A stretch of DNA of 64,000 bases, from positions 124,001 to 188,000 of IMG/VR virus record IMGVR_UViG_3300042879_006196. One strand, given 5' to 3'. Below, piece by piece: positions 19,516-29,282 of the stretch (position 1 is its first letter; each line of letters opens with the position of its first letter). A program made the position numbers and the translations under genes. The notes beneath the pieces are model-generated. The model worked only from the letters and a program-made list of their open reading frames with translations. It did no database searches and was not told the origin of the DNA.

Positions 19516-21303
19516 ATGATAGACGGTCAAAGCGAACAATTAAATCGAATAAAAAAGGCAATGATAATTTCATCAGATAAAAATGAATTAGCAGATTGCA
19601 AGTCAGATCTCATGAAAAAAATAGCTATGGATGAAAAAGAAGCTGATGCGGTGGCAACATCAATCAGAGATATGTTCATGCCAAAACTACTTAAAGTCAT
19701 GGGTATTGATGAAGACGAAATGCCTGAAGATTTCATTGGTAAAATGACCGAAAACGACGAAAACTTCGAAGAAGAATACACTGATGAAGATCGTGATGAT
19801 GTTGAAATTGAAGATGAAGATGAAGAAGATGATTTTGATTTTTCAATGGATGATGAAGATCACGAAGAAGATGCTCAAATTGACGAAGACGAAGTAGGTG
19901 AAGATGAAATCGCTACGATCCACATCACAGTCCCTGCAGACAAAATAAGAGAGGTTGAAAAAGCTCTTGAAAATGTTCTGGGTGATACTGATGCACAATT
20001 TAAGGATCATGCAATGGGTGAAGACAAAGAAAGCCCTAAAGGAGAAAAAAACATGAATAAAGAAATTGAAGCTAGAAAAGCACTCAGAAAAACAATTCTT
20101 GCAGCTGTCGCTGAAGATGATGTAGAACATGTAGTAAAAGCTGACAGTTTTGATCACGATGCATCAGAACAATTTAACGAAGAAGGCTTTTATGAAACTA
20201 TGTCAGGTGGTTTAAAAGACCCAGAAATTGACGCTGTAACATATGCAGACATTGAAATTCCTAATTTTACTAATTTAGTAGATGGTTTAAGACCAGATTT
20301 AGGACTTTCTGAATCATTGAAAACATTCAAATTTGACGGCACACCTAATGATGCTGATGATTTTGAACTTAATTTCAATCCATTTGATATTCCTTCACAA
20401 GGCAATAAAGATCTCTATGATGGGGAAGGTCCTGTAATTCCTACAGAACGAAAACTACCTATGAAGAGAACAGTAAACTCCTCGTCTTTAGGCGAATTTG
20501 ATGCAGATGCTGCTGAAGAAGCACTAGCGTTTGCTCTTCGAAAAGCTGGAGTTGAAGAAGAAGACCTTGGAAAACTTACCTACGCTGAAGCTCTTGATTT
20601 ATTCAAGGCAATTAAAACAGCTAGTGATGACAGAGTTCACTACAGTAAAGATGGTGTCTTTAACGAATCTAACGGATTTATTGAAAACACTAATATCAAA
20701 AATCCAGATGCCGCTTCTAATAAAAAAGAAAAAATGGCGACAACTGAAGATCAACTTCATGATAAAAATGAAGAAGCAGGTCAAAGACTGTCTTCTACAC
20801 ATGATGAATATGCAGCAATGCTTAGAAAGTTGATGAAAGGCGCTTCTTATGCTGAAAAGGATGAAGAAGATGACAAAGATCATAACAAAGCCGAAGATAC
20901 TCTTAAAGTAGATGATCTCACAATCGAGGCAGAAGACAAAATGGCAAAAGAAGCCGAGCTTTACAAAGCACGACTAAAAACAGCTTTCGCTATGTCTAAT
21001 AAACTTGCCACTGCAGGAATCTTACCAATCAATGAGGTTGATGGATTCGCAGAAGGAATGCTCAGTGATGGATTAACCGTTACAGCAATGATTCGACAAA
21101 CAAAACTTATGCTTAATTCCGCAGCAGCTAACGCTGAAAAATATGCCGCAGCTTCTAGCTCGGTAAGAACAGCCTCTACTGGGATTGCCTTCAACCCGTC
21201 AGTTAGAGGAGCAAGTGCAGATTTAAGCGGTGCACAAGACATTCAAAATGCCTTAAGGAATCTTGGATGGTCAACACCAAAAGTTACTGGGGTGGAGGAA
21301 TAA
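19516..21303 (+). CDS. Putative capsid scaffolding protein (acidic)
   Basis: Very D/E-rich; lies between the protease and capsid genes; several KxA motifs. Confidence 0.6.
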   Translation: MIDGQSEQLNRIKKAMIISSDKNELADCKSDLMKKIAMDEKEADAVATSIRDMFMPKLLKVMGIDEDEMPEDFIGKMTENDENFEEEYTDEDRDDVEIEDEDEEDDFDFSMDDEDHEEDAQIDEDEVGEDEIATIHITVPADKIREVEKALENVLGDTDAQFKDHAMGEDKESPKGEKNMNKEIEARKALRKTILAAVAEDDVEHVVKADSFDHDASEQFNEEGFYETMSGGLKDPEIDAVTYADIEIPNFTNLVDGLRPDLGLSESLKTFKFDGTPNDADDFELNFNPFDIPSQGNKDLYDGEGPVIPTERKLPMKRTVNSSSLGEFDADAAEEALAFALRKAGVEEEDLGKLTYAEALDLFKAIKTASDDRVHYSKDGVFNESNGFIENTNIKNPDAASNKKEKMATTEDQLHDKNEEAGQRLSSTHDEYAAMLRKLMKGASYAEKDEEDDKDHNKAEDTLKVDDLTIEAEDKMAKEAELYKARLKTAFAMSNKLATAGILPINEVDGFAEGMLSDGLTVTAMIRQTKLMLNSAAANAEKYAAASSSVRTASTGIAFNPSVRGASADLSGAQDIQNALRNLGWSTPKVTGVEE

Positions 21304-21363
21304 TTACGAAAGTAATTTTACTTACAAAAAGGAAAATATAAACTAAAAGGAGAAAATAATAAA

Positions 21364-22080
21364 ATGGCAATTAGAGCACTAAACTCAGTGGTTGCAGCTA
21401 ACTATAATAAACTTAGCACAGACCCAATTCTCGCAGGCGATATTGTTGCGTTCAATACAAACGACGTAACACAGAACCCTAGCGTTGTTAGAAGAGCCGT
21501 TAGAAACACACAACTTATGAGAGCCGCTGTTCTCGGAGTGTCTGCTGACGATGCACTTGGTACTAACCCTTATGGCGAAACACCAACAATGATTAACAAC
21601 GACCCAGCTGGTTCAAACTTTGTAAACGGTTCAGCTTTCCAATCTTACACAGCAGGTTTCTATGTTGGTGTTAAGAGAGCTATCAGTGAATTCAAAGATG
21701 AATCAGTGGATGTGATCACAAACTTGACAGCAGGTATTCCTACTTATGCTTCAAGAGGCGTGAGCGTTTACACAACACCATCATCGCAATTCATTACAGA
21801 CCGATTCACATTGTTAACAATCAGCAGTGCTACTGCAGATGGCGGTGCGGCTTGGACTCCAACACCTGGAGACCTTGTTACTTGGGGTGGTACAAACAGC
21901 GCGGCTGTTACAACTACACCAACTAACCCACAAGCTGCAACTGCAAGCACATACAATGCTGGACTCTTAGTTAAATGGGCTCCTAACACAGGTAGCACAG
22001 CAACTGAATGGGGTCAACCAATTGGTCGTGTGGACTACTACGATTCAGGCGCAGGTCTCCTGTACTGGACACTATTCTAA
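21364..22080 (+). CDS. Putative capsid decoration/cement protein
   Basis: Strong RBS AAAGGAG; A/T/G-rich beta-type protein directly before the major capsid gene. Confidence 0.6.
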   Translation: MAIRALNSVVAANYNKLSTDPILAGDIVAFNTNDVTQNPSVVRRAVRNTQLMRAAVLGVSADDALGTNPYGETPTMINNDPAGSNFVNGSAFQSYTAGFYVGVKRAISEFKDESVDVITNLTAGIPTYASRGVSVYTTPSSQFITDRFTLLTISSATADGGAAWTPTPGDLVTWGGTNSAAVTTTPTNPQAATASTYNAGLLVKWAPNTGSTATEWGQPIGRVDYYDSGAGLLYWTLF

Positions 22081-22101
22081 TCTAGGGGGATAATAAAGAA
22101 A

Positions 22102-22953
22102 ATGGCATTAAATAAAACTATGAACGAACAAAGAGAACAGATTGTTGCAATGGCTCTTGAAACTGCTGAGGGTAAAACAGCCCTTGCGCAAGCAATGGTC
22201 GAACCAATTAAAAACTCACTCATGTACCAAGCTATTGGTCGAAAACTTCTTCTCGTTGATGAACTTCCGCAAGGCGTTCTTCCTCGGTACGAAAGAGACG
22301 TGACTGCAAAGTCTTACGTTATCGGCAAAAGAGCTTCTGTACCTACTGCTGAAATCGAAGCTGAAGAGCTTTTGGTTCCAACATTCGAAATTGCTGCTAA
22401 CCCAGTAATTCGATATTCTGAAGTTAAAGCGCGAAGATTTTACATCGTTGACCGAGCACAAATCAGAGCAAAGGACTCACTTCAAAGACAAGAGGACACC
22501 GAGGTATTCAAGGTCATCAACGCTGGTACACCTAGCGACCAAACAATCTCGGTTAGTGGTACTGTTCAACTTGAACAAGTAAACCTTGCTCTCACTCTTA
22601 TTGAAGAGCACGAGTTGATCGGCGCGAAAATCGTCGTTCCTCCAGCACGATATAAGGATTTCAGAGGTTGGGGACCTGACGTTTATGATCAGGCAACACA
22701 ACGAGACATTCTTCAAACAGGCTTGTACGGACACCTTTATACAGCTGACATTCACTTGTCAACAATGGTTCCGAAAAACTGTGTGTTTGTAATGGCTCCT
22801 GCTCAGTTTGTTGGCGCTATGCCAATCAGACAAGATATTACAGTCCTTCCTGCAGACGACACAAGACGACTGCGACTTGGATGGGTTGTATACGAAGAGC
22901 TAGGATTCGCTGTTATCAACGACTTCTCGCTTTCGAAGATCATCGTTAGCTAA
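22102..22953 (+). CDS. Major capsid protein (HK97 fold)
   Basis: LAQAMVEPIKNSLMYQAIGRKLLLVDELPQG...VPTFEIAANP...QRQED...GWVVYEELGFAVIN; biased codon usage; followed by a strong terminator. Confidence 0.88.
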   Translation: MALNKTMNEQREQIVAMALETAEGKTALAQAMVEPIKNSLMYQAIGRKLLLVDELPQGVLPRYERDVTAKSYVIGKRASVPTAEIEAEELLVPTFEIAANPVIRYSEVKARRFYIVDRAQIRAKDSLQRQEDTEVFKVINAGTPSDQTISVSGTVQLEQVNLALTLIEEHELIGAKIVVPPARYKDFRGWGPDVYDQATQRDILQTGLYGHLYTADIHLSTMVPKNCVFVMAPAQFVGAMPIRQDITVLPADDTRRLRLGWVVYEELGFAVINDFSLSKIIVS

Positions 22954-22977
22954 CAATTTGCGTTTAACGCAAATATG

Positions 22978-23007
22978 AAAAACCCTGGAGAAATCCAGGG
23001 TTTTTTT
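22978..23007 (+). terminator. Intrinsic terminator after the major capsid gene
   Basis: AAAAACCCTGGA-GAAA-TCCAGGGTTTTTTT; a second hairpin lies at 22956-22974. Confidence 0.9.
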
Positions 23008-23057
23008 ATAGGTAGATTGTGTGCTAATTTGTCAACTAAAAATTGTAAAATACAATC

Positions 23058-23309
23058 ATGAATGAATTTGAAAAATTTATCAAAAAAGAAAACGAAAGAA
23101 AGGCAAACATCAATCAAATTGCAAATGCTTTAAAGTCAAACTTTGAACCAAAAAATGCAGAAAAAATTTTACCAGATGGAACAAAACAAATGGTGACTAA
23201 ATCTTTCAATCCATTTGGAAAAGAAATTTACACAGCTAGTAAAGATGGAAAAAATGTGATGACTTTTTCTAATAAAAAACAATTAATAGATTACTTAGGA
23301 GAAAATTAA
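23058..23309 (+). CDS. Hypothetical protein
   Basis: 83-aa ORF. Confidence 0.5.
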   Translation: MNEFEKFIKKENERKANINQIANALKSNFEPKNAEKILPDGTKQMVTKSFNPFGKEIYTASKDGKNVMTFSNKKQLIDYLGEN

Positions 23310-23400
23310 ATTGAACAATGATATCTATGATGTTTTTAGACCATATCTAACAAATATGAAAGAAAATGAGATTGTGTTTGATGAAATATTTTAACAAAAT

Positions 23401-23426
23401 TTGGCAAGAAAATTCATTCTTGCCAA
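23401..23426. terminator. Hairpin between convergent genes, possible bidirectional terminator
   Basis: TTGGCAAGAA-AATTCA-TTCTTGCCAA. Confidence 0.6.
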
Positions 23427-23446
23427 TTGATTCTAAATATTAATTT

Positions 23447-24430
23447 TTACTGACCAAGACCCCAAAGAGGGTATTGTACCATTAAATTAGGATTTGCGCC
23501 CAAACCAACAGTACCACCAGTAAAACCGCGAAGTGTTCCATTATTCAGATTCATTCCAAATGCTGGATTTACACTAACGCCATATTCAATAGCAGTGGGA
23601 GTGTTAGCAAGAAACTTGCCAAGCTGGTAATATTTAGCTGAGCCATCTGCATGACCTACAATCACGCCTTGAAAAGCCGCTCGGTTTTCATCAGCTTGAG
23701 CATTTCTTAGCCCTGAATAATTAGCCGCTTGAAGCCCAAGCTCCCAAGCCCAGTATTCTCTAACAGCTGGAGGAAATACAGTGACAGATGTAGAGGAAGC
23801 ATCTGTGCCGTAAGCAATTGGAACAACACCAATTTGTAGATTTCCACTTTCCATTAGGATACCAGCGGCGGCTGTGTTAGGAATAGCTGTCATGCTACCA
23901 CCTAGCCAGCTGTTCCTGAACATAGTAGCAGAGCCAGGAGCTCGATTCCAAGTATTAAGCTGTCCTGTAAGTGATGTGTTTAGAAGATAACTTCCTGTCA
24001 CTTGTCCACATTGAGACCAGCTACCAGTAGGGCAACTAGGTGTTGGTGCATTGACGTTGCCTCTTGAGGTATTGAAATACAACTGAACGTTTTTTACATA
24101 AGGCTGTGTCCATTTCTGCCAAGAGAAGTGATTAACGCGGTGAGCAAAACCAGCAGACACACCACAATTAACAGTAGATCCAGAAGGGATTGTATTCAAA
24201 TTACCATTCAAAGAGGAATTTGCGATACAATCGTCATTACGAGGATAATAATCATCATTATCAGCACCATACATGGTGATACCAAGCGAAATCTGCTTTT
24301 GGTTACTAATACCTGCAGCTTTCTTAGCGGCAGCTTTAGCTTGTGCAAAAACTGGGAAAAGAATGGCAGCCAGAATAGCGATAATGGCAATTACTACGAG
24401 AAGTTCGATTAAAGTAAATGCTTTTTTCAC
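23447..24430 (-). CDS. Prepilin-type N-terminal cleavage/methylation domain protein (DUF1559/H-X9-DG-like class)
   Basis: MKKA/FTLIELLVVIAIIAILAAILFPVFAQAK class III signal; SNQKQISLGITMYGADNDD; C-terminal GHADGSAK. Confidence 0.92.
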   Translation of the reverse strand: MKKAFTLIELLVVIAIIAILAAILFPVFAQAKAAAKKAAGISNQKQISLGITMYGADNDDYYPRNDDCIANSSLNGNLNTIPSGSTVNCGVSAGFAHRVNHFSWQKWTQPYVKNVQLYFNTSRGNVNAPTPSCPTGSWSQCGQVTGSYLLNTSLTGQLNTWNRAPGSATMFRNSWLGGSMTAIPNTAAAGILMESGNLQIGVVPIAYGTDASSTSVTVFPPAVREYWAWELGLQAANYSGLRNAQADENRAAFQGVIVGHADGSAKYYQLGKFLANTPTAIEYGVSVNPAFGMNLNNGTLRGFTGGTVGLGANPNLMVQYPLWGLGQ

Positions 24431-24483
24431 AATTATATTATACGATTTTAAGGAAAAAAAATGTTTGTTCGTAAAAAAATATT

Positions 24484-24705
24484 ATGAAAGTTTCATTCAG
24501 AAACTTAGACAAAAATGTACCAGCTATAATTTCAGATTGTAGATGTGATAAAAGATTTATGGAGTTAGGAATATTACCTGGTAAAGAAATTGAAATTATA
24601 GAAGAGTGTCCTTTTGGTGGCACAGTAATTATCAACACACAATCTGGTTTTTTATGTTTGAGAAGAGAAGAACTTGATATAGATTTAAATACAAAAAAAG
24701 GATGA
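24484..24705 (+). CDS. feoA: FeoA family protein
   Basis: KRFMELGILPGKEIEIIEECPFGGTVII...LCLRREE. Confidence 0.85.
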   Translation: MKVSFRNLDKNVPAIISDCRCDKRFMELGILPGKEIEIIEECPFGGTVIINTQSGFLCLRREELDIDLNTKKG

Positions 24706-24732
24706 TTAAATAAAATTCTTTAAAGATAAACT

Positions 24733-26253
24733 ATGAGCTTTTCTGAAATTTTGAATAAACTTGCTACCAAAAAAATGATTGAAGGCGATACTGCCTTTGC
24801 ATATAATTTAGTCTCTTTCGCTGATAAATCTGAAGAAAATCCTGAAGATGATACTATAAAAGCCGAAATGTATAAAAAAGGTAAAGACAAAAAAACACAA
24901 GCAAGCCCTTTTGAGTTACTTATTCAGAAATATGCAGGAACCAAAGTAGCAGCATTTGATCCTGATCAGCCAGAAGTACCAGATGATCTTTACAATGAAG
25001 CTTACGGAGCATTTATTGCACATTTGATGGATTTTTATGAAGAATCTGAAGAAGAAGCAGAAGAAAGAGCTGAAAGACCAGATATGCAAGTTAAAAAAGA
25101 CAATTTTATTTCTAATTACATAGATGATGAGAGTGCTAGTAGATGGGAGGACAGTTTTGGTGATAGATATGAAGAATCTAGCACAAGAAAAACTACAAAA
25201 CAAGCATTTAGGTTTCTTCCGCTTCCCTCTGATGATAGATTTTTTTCATTTTATCCAAAAAAATCATGGATAAATGAATTGATGATTGATTTAGAAAATA
25301 ACACAGGATTGATGGATGCTAAATTAAAGTCAGGCAACAGAAAATACAAATTAACATTAATGCCTGAAGCGCCTGAATTTGGAGCTTTTGTAAGTGAGTT
25401 AAAGGAGTTAGAATACAGCCCAGAATTAAGTGGTGTTGGTCGATTCTATACTAAATACAAAAATAAAGCTTTTTCAGAAGAAATAATTCCAGATACGCAA
25501 GACACTACAATTGCGTTTAATACGTTGAGGCGAAAAGTTGTTTCTGCCAAAAAAGAATTAACTATTCAGCAAGTTAAAAATGAATTATCGCAACTAGGAG
25601 TTGCTCTGAAAAAAAACGAAAATGAATATCGTGTCAACTTCAAAGGTGGTAAAGAAGAAACAGCTTACTATACTGATGATTTGAATGACGCACTAGAAAC
25701 AGGAAAAGAAATGTCAAAAGAAATTAAAAAAACCTCATCAACTTTAAAAAGTTTAATTCATAAATATGCTGGTAAAGAAGGCAAAGGCTCTTTCAAGAAT
25801 AAAATCAAAGAAATGGACGGATTCTTGAGAATGGACGGAAAAGCATTTTGTTTTGAAAATAATGCTCAGGCTAAAAAAGCGCTTGCAGTGGCTGAAACCG
25901 CCGCTAACTTCTTGAATTGGCAAGTAATGAAAGGAGATGGCTGTTTTAAACTAATGGAAGCAGGAATGGATAAAAAATCAAACACCCTAAAAGAAATGAT
26001 TAAAAAATATGCAATGGAGTTTGATGATTTTGATGTTCCAGAAAGCGGAGCTACAATTGAAGAAATGTATGATGAGGAAGATAATTCTTATGTTGACAAT
26101 AATGAAATTATTGTTGATGGTTTTCAAGCTGGACTTGAAAATGATTTTGAAAATCCACATGATAAACTCAGCTACGAACATACATTATGGCAATTAGGAA
26201 ATGATGCTGGCAAAGAAATAAGTGATCATTTTAACATGATATCAGAGAAATAA
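24733..26253 (+). CDS. Hypothetical multi-segment protein, putative internal head polyprotein
   Basis: Repeated LIQKYAG / LIHKYAG / MIKKYAM junction motifs. Confidence 0.6.
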   Translation: MSFSEILNKLATKKMIEGDTAFAYNLVSFADKSEENPEDDTIKAEMYKKGKDKKTQASPFELLIQKYAGTKVAAFDPDQPEVPDDLYNEAYGAFIAHLMDFYEESEEEAEERAERPDMQVKKDNFISNYIDDESASRWEDSFGDRYEESSTRKTTKQAFRFLPLPSDDRFFSFYPKKSWINELMIDLENNTGLMDAKLKSGNRKYKLTLMPEAPEFGAFVSELKELEYSPELSGVGRFYTKYKNKAFSEEIIPDTQDTTIAFNTLRRKVVSAKKELTIQQVKNELSQLGVALKKNENEYRVNFKGGKEETAYYTDDLNDALETGKEMSKEIKKTSSTLKSLIHKYAGKEGKGSFKNKIKEMDGFLRMDGKAFCFENNAQAKKALAVAETAANFLNWQVMKGDGCFKLMEAGMDKKSNTLKEMIKKYAMEFDDFDVPESGATIEEMYDEEDNSYVDNNEIIVDGFQAGLENDFENPHDKLSYEHTLWQLGNDAGKEISDHFNMISEK

Positions 26254-26254
26254 A

Positions 26255-26881
26255 ATGAATAAACTTGCACACAATCTGGTGTCTCTTGCCAAAAATTTGC
26301 AAAATTTAGGCATGAGAAAAGAAGCAAAAAATCTTTTTTTCACAGCTGTAAAACTCGCTCACATGGATCACCCTTTACATGAAGTAGTTGAAAAAATGGG
26401 ATTTGAAAAAGCTGAAGATGGTAAAACTTCAAGTTTAGAAATTTTTATTCATGTACCTCCAAGCGGTAAAGCAGAATATGAATTAACAGAAAATGGAAAT
26501 TCACATGATTTTGATTCATTCGAAGAATTAGTGGCACATCTTGTTGATAAAGATCAATCAGATTGTGGTTGTGGATGTGGCGGAAATTGCAAAACAGCAG
26601 CTGCAAAGAAAAAAAACCAAGGCAAAAAACTTAATAAACCTTTTAGAACTCCAGGTGGACCTAAGAAATTTTCAGTTTATGTAAAAAATGAAAAAGGAAA
26701 TGTTATCAAGGTAAACTTTGGCGATCCAAATATGTCTATCAAAAGGGATCAACCAAACCGCAGAAAAAACTTTAGAGCAAGGCACAATTGTGATAATCCT
26801 GGACCAAAAACAAAAGCAAGATATTGGTCGTGTAGAATGTGGTCGAAACCATCTGTTTCTAAGATTTTAAAAGGCAAGTAG
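26255..26881 (+). CDS. Hypothetical with a basic C-terminal domain of a type common in large phages
   Basis: KLNKPFRTPGGPKKFSVYVK...VNFGDPNM...FRARHNC...ARYWSCRMW; CGCGCGGNC linker. Confidence 0.65.
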   Translation: MNKLAHNLVSLAKNLQNLGMRKEAKNLFFTAVKLAHMDHPLHEVVEKMGFEKAEDGKTSSLEIFIHVPPSGKAEYELTENGNSHDFDSFEELVAHLVDKDQSDCGCGCGGNCKTAAAKKKNQGKKLNKPFRTPGGPKKFSVYVKNEKGNVIKVNFGDPNMSIKRDQPNRRKNFRARHNCDNPGPKTKARYWSCRMWSKPSVSKILKGK

Positions 26882-26976
26882 CAACATTCAATAATAATAT
26901 CTACTTTAATTTTTCACATTATTGTAAGAGGAAGAAGAGTGGCGGTGGATATAAATCATAACTGTACAATTTAGAT

Positions 26977-27843
26977 ATGATAAAAAAAGGAATTATCCTT
27001 GCTGGTGGAACAGGGTCAAGGCTTTATCCAGTTACACAATCTGTAAGCAAACAACTTTTGCCTGTCTATGATAAACCAATGATTTATTACCCACTCTCAA
27101 TTTTAATGAGAGCAGGCATTCGTGATATTTTAATAATAACCACGCCTTATGAACAAAATTTATTTCGTAATCTTTTAGGTGATGGCTCTCAATGGGGCAT
27201 GAATATTTGTTACGAAACACAGCCATCTCCAGATGGTTTAGCACAAGCTTTTCTTATTGGTGAAGAATTCATCAACAGCGAGCCTGTGGCATTGATTCTA
27301 GGCGACAATATATTTTATGGGGGAAATCTTATGAAAGAGTGCGAGAAGGCTGTACAGAGCAAATGCGCCACAATATTCGCCTATCATGTTAATGAAGCAG
27401 AACATTATGGCGTGGTGGAGTTTGATAATTATAATAAACCTCTAAGTATTGAAGAAAAGCCAAAAGAACCAAAATCTAATTACGCCGTCACTGGTTTGTA
27501 CTTCTATGATAAAGATGTAGTGGAAATTGCTAAAAATGTGAAACCATCTGAAAGAGGAGAGTTAGAAATCACATCTATTAATAATGAATATTTAATTAGA
27601 AATAAATTAGCTGTATCAAAATTATCTCGCGGATGCACTTGGTTTGACGCTGGTACATTTGACAATCTTTTAGAAGTAAGTAATTATATTGCATCAATTC
27701 AAAATAGGCAAGGCATGATTATTGCAAGCCCTGATGAAATTGCTTTTAGAAATAATTGGATTACACAATCTGAATTATATAAATTGATTGACTCTTATGG
27801 CAAAAGTTTGTATTCAAAACAATTGAAATTGAGTTTATTGTAA
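26977..27843 (+). CDS. rfbA: Glucose-1-phosphate thymidylyltransferase
   Basis: KGIILAGGTGSRLYP...SKQLLPVYDKPMIYYPLS...ALILGDNIFYG...EEKP...RGELEIT. Confidence 0.97.
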   Translation: MIKKGIILAGGTGSRLYPVTQSVSKQLLPVYDKPMIYYPLSILMRAGIRDILIITTPYEQNLFRNLLGDGSQWGMNICYETQPSPDGLAQAFLIGEEFINSEPVALILGDNIFYGGNLMKECEKAVQSKCATIFAYHVNEAEHYGVVEFDNYNKPLSIEEKPKEPKSNYAVTGLYFYDKDVVEIAKNVKPSERGELEITSINNEYLIRNKLAVSKLSRGCTWFDAGTFDNLLEVSNYIASIQNRQGMIIASPDEIAFRNNWITQSELYKLIDSYGKSLYSKQLKLSLL

Positions 27844-28116
27844 GCCAAAGATTTTCTTTGCGATGGCTAATGATTTTTCAAAAGCATGTCTTTCTGATAA
27901 TGCTAAGTCATAATCTTCATCATTGTATTTAATTGAATCTAAATAAACTTGTATTTTTTGTATTTCTGATTCCAAAGCACTAACTAATTCTTGTGCTGAA
28001 GAGCTAATGTTATTTTCTAACTTTGGTTTTGATTGTTGGGGTTTGTAATCTTCAATTCCTTGACTAACAACACTTCGAACAATTGGTGTAACAGATGCTT
28101 TTTTAAATACAGGCAT
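27835..28116 (-). CDS. Hypothetical protein
   Basis: 93-aa ORF starting MPVFKKAS. Confidence 0.5.
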   Translation of the reverse strand: MPVFKKASVTPIVRSVVSQGIEDYKPQQSKPKLENNISSSAQELVSALESEIQKIQVYLDSIKYNDEDYDLALSERHAFEKSLAIAKKIFGLQ

Positions 28117-28122
28117 GTTTAT

Positions 28123-28569
28123 TTATTTCTTCTCAGATTGTTTTGTTTCCTGTTTCATATTTACAGTAATGCACACCACTTGATAGTAGTTTTTTTTGCC
28201 CACTTTACTTACTGTGATTACGCAATCACCAAAAACTACATGGATTTGACGCTTACCAAAAACATACTTTTCTGGTTTGCCCAACTTTTGAATAACAGTT
28301 TTGAAATCTGAAGTTAAGCTAATATCTTTGTATTTGACAGACTTGTTTACGCCATAAACCTGCAATCTTAGCACTCTGCTTGCATTATCAGTGTGTGCGG
28401 TTAGCAAATATGAATCTCTAGTAAAAGTAAACGCCTGAAAAGTTTTATCTTCAGACTCTTCGATAGTCATAGGATTACCAAATCTTTTTGTTAAATCCAA
28501 CAGGGATGGATTTTGCCCAAATCCTAAAAATCCAGGAAAAGTTGATAATGTTAATAAAGTTGCCCACAT
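28123..28569 (-). CDS. Hypothetical exported protein
   Basis: Hydrophobic N-terminus; duplicated RFGNP/KLGKP motif. Confidence 0.55.
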   Translation of the reverse strand: MWATLLTLSTFPGFLGFGQNPSLLDLTKRFGNPMTIEESEDKTFQAFTFTRDSYLLTAHTDNASRVLRLQVYGVNKSVKYKDISLTSDFKTVIQKLGKPEKYVFGKRQIHVVFGDCVITVSKVGKKNYYQVVCITVNMKQETKQSEKK

Positions 28570-28603
28570 AGGTTTTTATACGAATATTGTATAAAATAAT
28601 TAC

Positions 28604-28843
28604 ATGCCAATAGACAGATGGACAATGGCAGCTGTTGCCCAAGAGGAAGCAGCTAGAGCTTTACAACAATATAAAATTGATGACAAAATCAAATCAATCA
28701 TTGAAGCTGAGCTCGAAGTGAAAATTAAACAAGAAATAGATGTGCAATTTGCTGATATGAGAAAGGCTGTTAAAATCATGAATGAGCAAATTTTAATTTT
28801 GAAAGATGCAGTGGAAACTCTCAGTAAAAAATACAATAGCTAA
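28604..28843 (+). CDS. Hypothetical coiled-coil protein
   Basis: 79-aa ORF after an AGG-N18-ATAA motif. Confidence 0.5.
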   Translation: MPIDRWTMAAVAQEEAARALQQYKIDDKIKSIIEAELEVKIKQEIDVQFADMRKAVKIMNEQILILKDAVETLSKKYNS

Positions 28844-29282
28844 AATACTTTTTTCAAGCCCTATAGCATTTTTTTTAGGTGTAGGTGTATTTGTTGCCAC
28901 AGACATTTTACAACCAAGTTATTTCAAAAATATCCCAATTTACTTTCCATATTTTGCCGCTGCTATGTTTGTTGGATATTTAGCTGTCTTTTTAGCTTCA
29001 TCATATATTTCCACAACTAAATCAAAATTTAGAGCAATTTTTTTCATGATTGTATTTATGATCATAGAAGGTTTATTTTCTTTGTTGGCAGTTTCCACTT
29101 ATTATGGAAACGAAAGCATTCCAATTTTAAGGCTAATTGCATCTTTGTGCTTGCCTCTTGTTTTTAGTTTATTTTACTTTTTGAAATTAATAGAAACAGA
29201 AAAAAATGTAAAAGAATTAATAGATGAAAGAATTCTTTTCAAAAATTTTGATGAGCTTGAGTGTAGCAAGCCTAATTTCTAG
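28806..29282 (+). CDS. Membrane protein with about 4 TM segments
   Basis: Four hydrophobic stretches. Confidence 0.6.
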   Translation: MQWKLSVKNTIAKILFSSPIAFFLGVGVFVATDILQPSYFKNIPIYFPYFAAAMFVGYLAVFLASSYISTTKSKFRAIFFMIVFMIIEGLFSLLAVSTYYGNESIPILRLIASLCLPLVFSLFYFLKLIETEKNVKELIDERILFKNFDELECSKPNF

